Source of the DNA: an uncultured Verrucomicrobiae bacterium
GTDB taxonomy: Bacteria > Verrucomicrobiota > Verrucomicrobiia > Palsa-1439
Length of the DNA stretch: 64,000 nt
Reading direction: 5' to 3'
Assembly (NCBI GenBank): GCA_963812605.1
Contig: CAWEWF010000014.1
Location: 416,001-480,000, forward strand
Every line of letters starts with the position of its first letter. The first letter of the stretch is position 1. The notes below the pieces were generated by a model. The model was not told where the DNA came from. It saw only the letters and a list, made by a program, of their open reading frames with translations, and did not search any database. A program made the position numbers and the translations under genes. This document shows positions 54,445 to 64,000 of this stretch, one piece after another.

Positions 54445-55160
54445 ACGCCTCGACAGAGCGAGGCGGGTACACCAAGAAATGGATGCCGTGCGCGTATCGT
54501 AAATCGATAAGTTTGCTGGACGTGGTGGGGTGGGGCGGGTATACTGAGGGGAACGAACATGCAACTTCCAACGTTAAACGCCCAACTTTCAAGGGGAGAG
54601 AGGATCCGCCGTCGCTCTGCGAGCTATGGCGCGACTGCGCCGCTGTACGCGGCGCGGCGGCGAAAGGGTATAGGCGGGACCCTCCGTCGCGAGGATGCTG
54701 TGGAGGGCAGGCTGCCTGTTCAACTCGAAGTCGGGAAACGCGGGCGGGACGCCCGCGCCACTATCGTCGAGGCCAGGTCTAATGAACGGCGCGGCGCGTT
54801 ACCTAAACGGCAAGCAAGCGAAAGGACAAAGCTGCGACGAGTCGCAGCACTCCAAAGGGGAACACGAATCGGGAAGGAAGGACACTCCGTCATGCGACGG
54901 GGTCTCAGAACAAGAAGGCTGCAAAACATGCGTTTCTGCGAAACGAACCCGATTTATGGTGAGGCGATGTTGCGATGTAACAAGTTGATACTGAAGGGTG
55001 TTACGACTGGAAGGCGCAAAAACTGAATCGGGTTCGTTTGGAGAAAAACGAAGTCACGGGAGGCCGCGACGGTGACGTCCCTCCTACTTTCAGGGGGAAC
55101 ATTGAAAGAACGGACGCGATCCTTCGACTTCACTCAGGACAGGCCCCGCGCGTCCCTCCA
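54445..55160. repeat. Cluster of diverse palindromic REP-like elements
   Basis: At least seven distinct hairpins, 5x AACNNNN heptamers and a 14-bp inverted repeat. Confidence 0.75.
54517..54545 (+). promoter_or_regulatory. Putative sigma70 promoter facing the hairpin cluster
   Basis: TGGACG-17nt-TATACT. Confidence 0.45.
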
Positions 55161-55227
55161 TTTGGGAATTTGGGTCGGCACCGCGCCGTTTACAAAGCGG
55201 GGGTTTGTGGTAATGATGGGCGGCGGT

Positions 55228-55692
55228 ATGAAATCTTATGAACTTTTGCGGGAAGTGTTCCAGACGCATAATCCGAAACAGATCGCGGAGGAGATGGGGT
55301 TGTCCGTTTCGATGGTGTACAAGTGGGCGGAGGCGCCGGAGCAGGGGAGCGGGGCGACCAATCCACTGGATCGGATCGCAGGCCTGGTGAATTCGACCGG
55401 GGACGTGCGGATCGTGGAATGGATTTGTACGCGGGTGGATGGGTTTTTCATCAAGAACCCGAAGGTGGGGCGTACGAAATCGTATACGGTGGTGCCGGCG
55501 ACGAACCGGGTGGTGCAGGAGTTCGCGGAGATGCTGTCGGTGATCGCGAACGCGGCGGTGGACAACGACATTTCGAAAGCCGAGGCGGAGCGGATACGGT
55601 CGCGGTGGGAGGACCTGAAGTCGGTGACGGAGGGGTTCGTGCGCGCTTGTGAAGAGGGGAATTTCCAGACGATTCATGGGGGGAAGGCGTGA
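55228..55692 (+). CDS. HTH protein resembling phage regulatory CII/YmfL family
   Basis: PKQIAEEMGLSVSMVYKWAE..NPLDR; C-terminal DNDISKAEAERIR. Confidence 0.7.
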   Translation: MKSYELLREVFQTHNPKQIAEEMGLSVSMVYKWAEAPEQGSGATNPLDRIAGLVNSTGDVRIVEWICTRVDGFFIKNPKVGRTKSYTVVPATNRVVQEFAEMLSVIANAAVDNDISKAEAERIRSRWEDLKSVTEGFVRACEEGNFQTIHGGKA

Positions 55693-56186
55693 ACGAGACG
55701 GAATGGCAGGTGGAACGGATCGATTGGGCGGCGTGGAAGCCGACGGAGTACGCGAACCTGTGTTTCATCATGCGGGCTGGGGAGATTTTGTTGATTCGGA
55801 AGAAGCGGGGGCTGGGGGCGGGGAAGATCAACGGGCCGGGTGGTCGGTTGGAGAAGGGGGAGACGGCGCTGGAGTCGGCGATTCGCGAAACTGAGGAAGA
55901 GGTGGGGGTGACGCCGACGGGGTTGGAGCAGATCGGCGAACTATTTTTCCAATTCTTGGATGGCTATAAGCTGCATGTGGCGGTGTTTGCTGCTAGTGGT
56001 TGTGAAGGGGAGCTTTGCGAGACGTTGGAGGCGACGCCGATGTGGACGGATGTGGGGTCGATTCCCTATGATGAGATGTGGGAGGACGACGCGCATTGGC
56101 TGCCGTTGTTGCTGGAGCGGAAGAAGTTTCGCGGGTATTTTGTATTCGATGGCGAGAAACTACTCAATCACCGACTTATTTCGTAG
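55689..56186 (+). CDS. Nudix hydrolase (MTH1/8-oxo-dGTPase-like)
   Basis: KKRGLGAGKINGPGG, RETEEEVG, IPYDEMWEDD..WLP. Confidence 0.9.
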   Translation: MNETEWQVERIDWAAWKPTEYANLCFIMRAGEILLIRKKRGLGAGKINGPGGRLEKGETALESAIRETEEEVGVTPTGLEQIGELFFQFLDGYKLHVAVFAASGCEGELCETLEATPMWTDVGSIPYDEMWEDDAHWLPLLLERKKFRGYFVFDGEKLLNHRLIS

Positions 56187-56357
56187 GGGCTTTTTGTCTC
56201 GGTAACCACTATTGTAACGCGGTTACCACTCTCTCGTTACATCTGTAAACATAATGTTATTAAAGACTTACGATGTGATTCTTCAAGAAAGGCCCGAAAA
56301 TAGCTTGTTTTCATTTGAACAACTGCTATAAACACGGTGTCTGATGCACTAAATAAA

Positions 56358-56690
56358 ATGAAAACTCGCCAAAAGACCATGAAAAAAACCCGTCGGTCAT
56401 CTCCATTGCGCCGTGTGGTGCGGGTCGCGCGCCCCGTCAAGGAACCTACGTTGCTGGAGAAAATCGCGCAAGTGACTGATGAGCTACAGATTCTGCGCAG
56501 CCGCCTGGCCAATGCGGGGGATGATTTCCCTACCGTTGGCACCCATCGCATTTCCGCCTTGGAGGCGGAGCTGGAGCGACTTTGGGATCTGCGGCGCAAA
56601 GAGCAGGCAGCGCCGCTTCGCGAAACCGCTCTGACAGAAGAAGAAGAGAAGGTATTGGCCTTCCCAAGCGGTAGCCGTTCGCGCGGTTAA
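56358..56690 (+). CDS. Small basic coiled-coil protein (DUF2630-like segment)
   Basis: RISALEAELERLWDLRR. Confidence 0.6.
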   Translation: MKTRQKTMKKTRRSSPLRRVVRVARPVKEPTLLEKIAQVTDELQILRSRLANAGDDFPTVGTHRISALEAELERLWDLRRKEQAAPLRETALTEEEEKVLAFPSGSRSRG

Positions 56691-57666
56691 GGGTTGCGAA
56701 GCTTTTCGATGAATTCGGCGAGCCGGGTGGATTATCACCCGGCTCGTTGCATTTTTGGACTTGAAGGGGGGTGCCTGACGCACCCGCAACCCAATTTTCT
56801 TTGCCATGACTACCTCCCGCCCTTATTCTAAAGCGCTCATGGCGACCCAAACCAGGAACACAGCGAAACTTCTCCAGATCATGGCGCGCCTCCGTGGTCC
56901 CGGCGGTTGTCCATGGGACCGCGAGCAAACCCACCAGTCCATTCGTCACAATCTCATTGAAGAATGCTACGAAGCGCTCGATGCCCTGGATGCTGGAGAT
57001 ACAGAAGCGTTTAAGGATGAGCTTGGTGATCTTCTCCTACAGGTCGTCTTCCATGCCCAGATGGCCAGTGAAGCTGGCAAATTTGATTTCGACGCCGTAG
57101 CAAAATCCATCAATGACAAGCTGGTGCGCCGCCATCCACACGTCTTCGGCACGACAAAGGCCCGCAACAGCGCGGAAGTGCTCCAACAATGGGAGGCGAT
57201 CAAGAAGTCGGAGAAAAGCTCGGCGAGTATCGTGCATCTGGAGGACCTGCCGAAACATCTGCCCGCGCTGTTGAAAGCCGACAAGGTGCAACGCAAAGTC
57301 GCGCGCGTTGGGTTCGACTGGAAGCACGTCAAAGACGTTCTCGCCAAAGTCGAGGAGGAGTTACACGAAGTAAAAAGCGCGATGGCATCGAAGGGCCGCA
57401 AAGAATTCGAGGAAGAAGTCGGCGATCTGCTGTTTGCGGTTGTCAACCTCGCCCGCTTTGAAAATCTCCAGGCGGAGGAACTGTTGAACCGCAGCACGGC
57501 GAAATTCGTGAAGCGATTCCAGGCAATTGAGAAGGCCGTTCACGCCAGTGGCCGTCGATTGGAGGATTGCACGCTGGCGGAACTCGATGCGCTTTGGGAA
57601 TCGGCGAAACACAAGCTGCGTCCACGGAAGCATCGACGTCCACTTCTCTGCAGCGCGGAAACGCGC

Positions 57667-58806
<1,140 letters not shown>

Positions 58807-58988
58807 CCCGAATGAGTTTAGCAAAACCCGCCCCCCATGGATAGCATACGAATTTTCCAACTCTCTTTCGTCGCGATGACGAGGGAGCGGGAATGTCATG
58901 CCACCAAATTTTGGTCGCATTTGTGCGCAATGACGTGGAGAATCCGGTCCGTCTGCCTAGTCGCGGTCCCGCAGTCGCGTACGCATAA

Positions 58989-59591
58989 ATGACAATCGAT
59001 TCAACCGACATGAACTGGGATGAAATGTACCGGAAAGGCGAGGTGTTCTGGGATAAGGGCGCACCGGCACCGGCAATGAAGCAGTATCTGGAGCGTCATG
59101 TGGTGCGTGGGCGAGCGCTGGTGCCGGGCTGCGGCCGCGGGCATGAGGTGGCGCTGGCGGTCGAGCAAGGGTTGGACGCGACAGGGCTGGACATCGCGCC
59201 GACTGCCGTCGCGGAGGCGCGCGCACGGTATCCGCAACTGGCAGAGCGCTTCGTGACGGGGAGTTTGTTTGATCCGCCGCCGGAGATGCGCGGCGCCTAT
59301 GATGTGGTGCTCGAGCATACCTGCATGAGCGCATTGCCACCCGCGCTGCGCGCCGATTACCGGCGCGGCATCGACCTGACGCTGCGGCACGGGGGCTTGC
59401 TGATCGGAGTGTGGTTCATCAATCCGGACCTCGATCCGGGTGAGGAAGGCCCTCCGTACCCTTTCAGCGTGGCTGATCTGACCGCCCTCTTTGCCGAGGG
59501 CTACGAAATCGTGGATGATTATGTGCCCGAGGTGGCCTTTGCCGGCCGCGAGGGCCGGGAGCGCGTGCGCGTGCTGCGGCGCGTGGTGTGA
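58989..59591 (+). CDS. Thiopurine S-methyltransferase-like SAM methyltransferase
   Basis: WD.GAPAP, LVPGCGRGHE, EHTCMSAL, GPPY. Confidence 0.88.
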   Translation: MTIDSTDMNWDEMYRKGEVFWDKGAPAPAMKQYLERHVVRGRALVPGCGRGHEVALAVEQGLDATGLDIAPTAVAEARARYPQLAERFVTGSLFDPPPEMRGAYDVVLEHTCMSALPPALRADYRRGIDLTLRHGGLLIGVWFINPDLDPGEEGPPYPFSVADLTALFAEGYEIVDDYVPEVAFAGREGRERVRVLRRVV

Positions 59592-59904
59592 TGAGGCGGA
59601 CTCGAAACCATCGCCAGACACGGTGGCCGCCAATGCAAGCGATAGTATGAACCCCAGCAGTCTCGACAATCCACACTCTCAGCGCTCTAGCCCCTTCATC
59701 AACTCCCCACGGTCGCTCCAGACGGCGATCGCGAACAAGCGGTAGAAAAGGTGAAGCACGATGCGTGGTAGTGCCATGTATTGATGGAAGACAGGACGAA
59801 TGGAAGTTGCGGAAACGGAGTTAGGGTCAGGTCTATTTATTATTCAATTGAGCCAGGGTTCGGGTCAGTATGGCGGGTAGGTGTTTCTCCGGGTGTTGAG
59901 AGGG

Positions 59905-59937
59905 TCGTGTTCTTCGTGTCTACTTCGTGCAATTCGT
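59905..59937. repeat. 33-bp direct repeat, copy 1
   Basis: TCGTGTTCTTCGTGTCTACTTCGTGCAATTCGT; 31/33 identical to 61600-61632. Confidence 0.8.
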
Positions 59938-59982
59938 AGACCCTTCATCGTTCGTGCGTGGCTATCCGGTCACGCCCGAATG

Positions 59983-61305
59983 TCAATTGGCCCTGGCAGT
60001 CACGGGTGCGGAGTTCGTCGGCGCATGCCCCTCCGACTTGCCCCAGGCATCGGCCAGTGAGAACTCGACGTATGGGCGATCGGCCGCGCGCACATTGTCT
60101 TTTCGGTTGGCTACCCAGATCTTGTCAGCGGTCAAATCGTAAATCACAGTTTGCAGGTTGGATTTCATCGCGATGCGCTTCGCCAATTCCTGAATGGTGC
60201 TGACATTAATTTTCCCTTGCATCTCGCTTACGAGCTTCTCCTGTCTGTCCTCGTAGTGCCCGCCGTACACGATATCGCGGAACTGCGGCATGGTCTGGCC
60301 ATCGACCTCCAACTCCTCGCGTTCGTTGGCGCGATAGGCCAGGCACCGCTGGGCCGAAGTCACCATGCCGATCGGGTCGTTATGTCTGTCGCCGAGGAAA
60401 TAAACATACGAATTCGTCCGCCGCGCGGCGCGAATGATCGCCGCGCCATCTCCGGCAGTGTCCGCGTAACGCAGCACATTCTTCAACAGAAACGGCATCG
60501 GTATGCCCGCCAGCGTTTCGCCCGGGGGATTGCCAAAGCCCATTTCACTCAGCGCCACGCCTTGCGCGTTCATGCCGGACACCGCGCCGACGAAACCGAT
60601 CCAGCCGATCGTAACGTACGCGTTGGCATTCTCGGTTGTCGGGCGATAGACCGTGATCAACGGGCGGCGCTGCAGGTTGAAGTTCGCGCCGTAGTCGAGG
60701 ATGCGAAGTTGATAACTGTGCCCATCCTGCGTGGCGCAACCTTTCGCCACGAGACCGCTGCAACTCGTTTCGCCGACATCGGGAAGCGCGTGCATGCGGT
60801 GGATCACATCCAGCGGAATGCCGCTGCCCGCCGCCAGGCCTTCCATTTCTTCGAGGTCTTCCTTCGGCGAATAGCGCGCCATCATCTTCCAGGCGCGGTC
60901 GAGGAATTCGTTAACGATGTGTTCCTCATCCTTGGTGGAGATCAATTTCGAGTTGCGCATCACCTTCGGTAGCAGCTTGTCCGCGCCCGTCTGCACGTCC
61001 TTGATCGTCGCGCGCACCTGCGCCCCGAGCAGCAACCCGTGCTCGTATCCCATTTCGTAAGGCGTGCCGGTGACGTACAAAACGGTAATGCGATTGTCGT
61101 CGTCCCCGATGTATTCAAGGTGTCCCGTGTGGGTGACGGTGCGATCCATCGGCGGGTCGGTGAGGATCCTTTCGACCTTGGGATTCGTCATCACCAGGTC
61201 TCTCGCAACCGTCCCGCAGCCCAGCGCCAGCAAAGCACACGCGCCCGCCATTGCCCACGGGCCGATCTTTCTGAAGGGCAGCATTATCTTGGTTAGCACG
61301 CACAT
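59983..61305 (-). CDS. C45-family autoproteolytic acyltransferase/hydrolase, lipoprotein
   Basis: LALGC lipobox, GTPYEMGYEHG, EMEGLAAG, SCSG, RILDY, SGMNAQG. Confidence 0.82.
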   Translation of the reverse strand: MCVLTKIMLPFRKIGPWAMAGACALLALGCGTVARDLVMTNPKVERILTDPPMDRTVTHTGHLEYIGDDDNRITVLYVTGTPYEMGYEHGLLLGAQVRATIKDVQTGADKLLPKVMRNSKLISTKDEEHIVNEFLDRAWKMMARYSPKEDLEEMEGLAAGSGIPLDVIHRMHALPDVGETSCSGLVAKGCATQDGHSYQLRILDYGANFNLQRRPLITVYRPTTENANAYVTIGWIGFVGAVSGMNAQGVALSEMGFGNPPGETLAGIPMPFLLKNVLRYADTAGDGAAIIRAARRTNSYVYFLGDRHNDPIGMVTSAQRCLAYRANEREELEVDGQTMPQFRDIVYGGHYEDRQEKLVSEMQGKINVSTIQELAKRIAMKSNLQTVIYDLTADKIWVANRKDNVRAADRPYVEFSLADAWGKSEGHAPTNSAPVTARAN

Positions 61306-61599
61306 AACTTACTCCTTATTTGGCAAATCGCCAGTGGCTGCGGAACCCCTGAATTACCAGTGGTAATTGATGCCGTTCAGCGACGGAGTGTTCTTCTGCC
61401 AGACGTCGGACTGGGCGGATGGCGAATTCGTAGCGGGCGAGATGGCTACTTCTGGGGTCGCCGCGTTCGTCAGCGTGGCTGGTGACGGGGGGCGGCAATG
61501 CCAGCGAGTTTGTCCGCGGAAGTTGCGGGACCGGATTGCGCCGTCTTGTCCGTCATAAAGACTTGCCACGGCGAAAGCCTCCCCGCCTTTCATCCTACT

Positions 61600-61632
61600 T
61601 CGTGTTCTTCGTGTCTGCTTAGTGCAATTCGT
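61600..61632. repeat. 33-bp direct repeat, copy 2
   Basis: TCGTGTTCTTCGTGTCTGCTTAGTGCAATTCGT. Confidence 0.8.
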
Positions 61633-61698
61633 GGCCCCGCCCTGCGTGGCTTGACTTGTGAAATCGTTTCGATAAGAATCCGCACGCAGCCCGACATC

Positions 61699-64000
61699 AT
61701 GAGTATTTGGAAAGTCGCCCTTCTATCCGCAGTGATCCTGACCGCCCTGTGGTTTTTGGCGCCATCCCGTTCCGCAAAGGCCCCGGAGGCCGGCGTCACC
61801 GAAATCAGTTTCGTGGCCCGGGGAGGCGGACCTGTCGCCGATGCGCTCGATGACGCCATCCGCGTGTTTGAGGAGGAAAGCGATCAGGCTCATGCGAAAG
61901 ATCCTTCCCAGCCCCGTTACCGTCTCGTCAGCGGCCAAAGCGCCTCGCGCGGTCAAACCGAGGACCCGACCCGCTTCCTCGTCAGTGTGGCCGGAGGAAT
62001 GCCGCCCGACGTGATTGTCTTCGATCGTTACGCGGTGACGGAATGGGCCACCCGTGGCGCCTTCTATCCACTGGACGAATTCGTCGCGAAGGATCGCGCC
62101 AGCGGACGACCGGACGCGGTTCACGCCGAGGATTTTTACGACTCGTGCTGGGACGAGGTGCTCTACCGCAATCCGCTTACAGGCCAGCAGGGCCTGTACG
62201 GCATTCCCGAAAAGGTGGACAACCGCGCGCTGTTCTACAACAAAGACCTGCTCAAGCGCGCGGGGTTCGTCGATGAAAAAGGGGAGGCGCGTCCGCCGAA
62301 AACGTGGGAAGAGATGGAGGAAATGGCGGTCAAACTCACCGAGCACGACGCGCAGGGCCACATCACGCGCCTGGGTTTCGCGCCAAACTACGGGAATTCC
62401 TGGCTCTACATCTACGCCTGGATGAACGGCGGGCGGTTTATGAGCCCCGACGGCAAAGTCTGCACGTTGAACGATCCGAAAATCGTCGAGGCGCTCACCT
62501 GGATGACGAAGCTCGACGACAGCCTGGGCGGCGCGGAAAAAGTGAACGCCTTTCAATCGACGTTCCAGACCGGCGACCTCGATCCCTTTATCACGGGCAA
62601 GGTCGCCATGAAAATCGATGGCTTTTGGCAGATCACCGACAACGTTGCCCAGTTCGGGCGCAACCTGAATTACGGCATGGCCCGCCCGCCCATCCCGGCC
62701 CGCCAACTCGCCGCGGGCAGCAAAGTTTGTTCGTGGGTCAGCGGCTGGTGCTATTCGATCCCGTCGACCGCGAAAAACAAAGCAGCCGGGTGGGAACTCA
62801 TTCGTTTTCTCGTGAGCCCCCGGGCCCAGGAAATCATGGCGGAAAGCCAGCGACTGTCGATGGCCAGCCAGGGCCGCGTCTTCGTGCCGACACAAAATGC
62901 CAACAAAAAGATCAACGCCTGGCTTTTCGACAAATACATCGTACATGAACCGGGAATGGATCCCAAGGTCGCCGCGGCAGTGCAGGTGTTTAACGATTTG
63001 TTGGAAGGTCAGCCGTACCGACCGGTTACACCCGTGGGCCAGTTGCTTTGGAACCAACAGCGGGACCGCACTGAGGATGCGTTGTACCACAAGCTGACCC
63101 CGCAGCAAGCGCTGGACTATGGCACGCGCACCGTCCAGCACGAGCTTGATCTGGTTCTCAGTCCGCCTCGCGGTGTCCCCATCAATTGGAATATCTTCTT
63201 TGCCTTGTACGCCGCACTCCTGATCGGCGCGGCGGTGGGTATCTATTACTGGGATACAAAAGCGAACCTGCGTCGGCGCGTTGGGAATGCCCTGCGCGCG
63301 GTGGGCGGGGGTACGCTGGCCAAGCGCGGCGGCGACGTCGAAGGTTTACAAAGCGCTTATTTTCGTTCGCAGTGGAAGGGCGGCTGGCTCTGCGCGTTGC
63401 CGTGGATTTTCGGTTTCATCGTCTTCACCGGCGGGCCGATTTTGTTTTCGATCGTCATCAGTTTTTGTGATTACGATATTTTGCACCCGGCGCGGCTCAT
63501 TGGCCTGAATAATTACGGCTGGCTGCTCACGAAAGATCCGCTGTTTTGGAAATCCGCGTGGAACACCCTCTACATGATGATGGGAATTCCGCTGGGGATG
63601 GCGCTGGGCCTCGGGATCGCGCTGTTGCTCAACCTGAAAGTGCGCGGCGTGGCCGTGTGGCGGACGTTTTTCTATCTGCCATCGATCGTGCCGCTGGTGG
63701 CCTCGAGCATTTTGTGGATTTGGATTTTCAATCCGAACGGCGGCCTGCTGAACAACGCGCTGGCTTCCATCGGCATTCATGGCCCGAACTGGTTGCAGGA
63801 TGAAAGCACCAGCAAACCCGCGCTGATTCTGATGGGCTTGTGGGGCGCGGGCGGGGGCATGATCATCTGGCTCGCGGGACTGAAAAGCATCAGTGAAAGT
63901 TACTACGAAGCCGCGTCGCTCGATGGGGCCGGAACCTGGCAGCAGTTTGTCCACATCACGCTGCCGCTGTTGTCCCCCTACATTTTCTTCAACCTCATCA
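61699..64000 (+). CDS. Sugar ABC transporter solute-binding protein fused to permease (runs off window edge)
   Basis: One frame from ATG 61699: MPPDV, LYGIP..DNRALFYNKDLL, PPKTWEE, then PWIFGF, FFYLPSIVP and the EAA motif YYEAASLDGA. Confidence 0.88.
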   Translation, partial: MSIWKVALLSAVILTALWFLAPSRSAKAPEAGVTEISFVARGGGPVADALDDAIRVFEEESDQAHAKDPSQPRYRLVSGQSASRGQTEDPTRFLVSVAGGMPPDVIVFDRYAVTEWATRGAFYPLDEFVAKDRASGRPDAVHAEDFYDSCWDEVLYRNPLTGQQGLYGIPEKVDNRALFYNKDLLKRAGFVDEKGEARPPKTWEEMEEMAVKLTEHDAQGHITRLGFAPNYGNSWLYIYAWMNGGRFMSPDGKVCTLNDPKIVEALTWMTKLDDSLGGAEKVNAFQSTFQTGDLDPFITGKVAMKIDGFWQITDNVAQFGRNLNYGMARPPIPARQLAAGSKVCSWVSGWCYSIPSTAKNKAAGWELIRFLVSPRAQEIMAESQRLSMASQGRVFVPTQNANKKINAWLFDKYIVHEPGMDPKVAAAVQVFNDLLEGQPYRPVTPVGQLLWNQQRDRTEDALYHKLTPQQALDYGTRTVQHELDLVLSPPRGVPINWNIFFALYAALLIGAAVGIYYWDTKANLRRRVGNALRAVGGGTLAKRGGDVEGLQSAYFRSQWKGGWLCALPWIFGFIVFTGGPILFSIVISFCDYDILHPARLIGLNNYGWLLTKDPLFWKSAWNTLYMMMGIPLGMALGLGIALLLNLKVRGVAVWRTFFYLPSIVPLVASSILWIWIFNPNGGLLNNALASIGIHGPNWLQDESTSKPALILMGLWGAGGGMIIWLAGLKSISESYYEAASLDGAGTWQQFVHITLPLLSPYIFFNLI

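Noticed and set aside
54559-55026. 155-aa ORF across the hairpin cluster
   Set aside because: Composed of translated repeats with no protein-like features, although an SD-like GAGGGG precedes it
56245-56272. Possible dif site with a skew switch
   Set aside because: Only a partial XerD-like arm, a poor XerC arm, and the skew change is local
59592-59780. Possible degraded small membrane-protein gene on the - strand
   Set aside because: Only short hydrophobic fragments in different frames; no family recognised
61354-61593. Small ORF upstream of the C45 gene
   Set aside because: Low-complexity, start unclear and possibly frameshifted; not supportable

Overview
GC-rich bacterial chromosomal window, probably Verrucomicrobiota/PVC (inferred from H-X9-DG pilin-like genes, a TPR Ser/Thr kinase and secreted proteins with an 'SxDL..W...FY(R/K)' domain). 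The left part is housekeeping: orphan pheT, 6S RNA, rarA, 5-formyl-THF cyclo-ligase, rny, ymdB, an amidohydrolase, bioF/bioA, MEMO, iscA, a TPP riboswitch with thiC, and pgi. The middle holds a ynbABCD-type lipid operon, a DCC1-LMF fusion, a solo PD-(D/E)XK nuclease, zf-TFIIB/lemA/htpX, and an NrtR-SPFH-NAD-kinase-like operon with two tandem operators. The right part has a kinase, a prolyl oligopeptidase, an S53 protease, a large secreted protein with a secreted partner, mazG, alr, a C45 peptidase and an ABC binding-protein/permease fusion. Small repeats are abundant: a 139-bp MITE with an 8-bp TSD carrying a REP doublet, a promoter-preceded cluster of co-oriented REP-like hairpins, and a duplicated htpX start interrupted by a hairpin. 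About ten single-base frameshifts look like sequencing errors. No CRISPR, rRNA or tRNA was seen. The best candidates for undescribed systems are the NrtR-SPFH-NADK module, the secreted pair at 49824-54315 and the hairpin array at 54445-55160. All family assignments come from motif recognition, not database searches.
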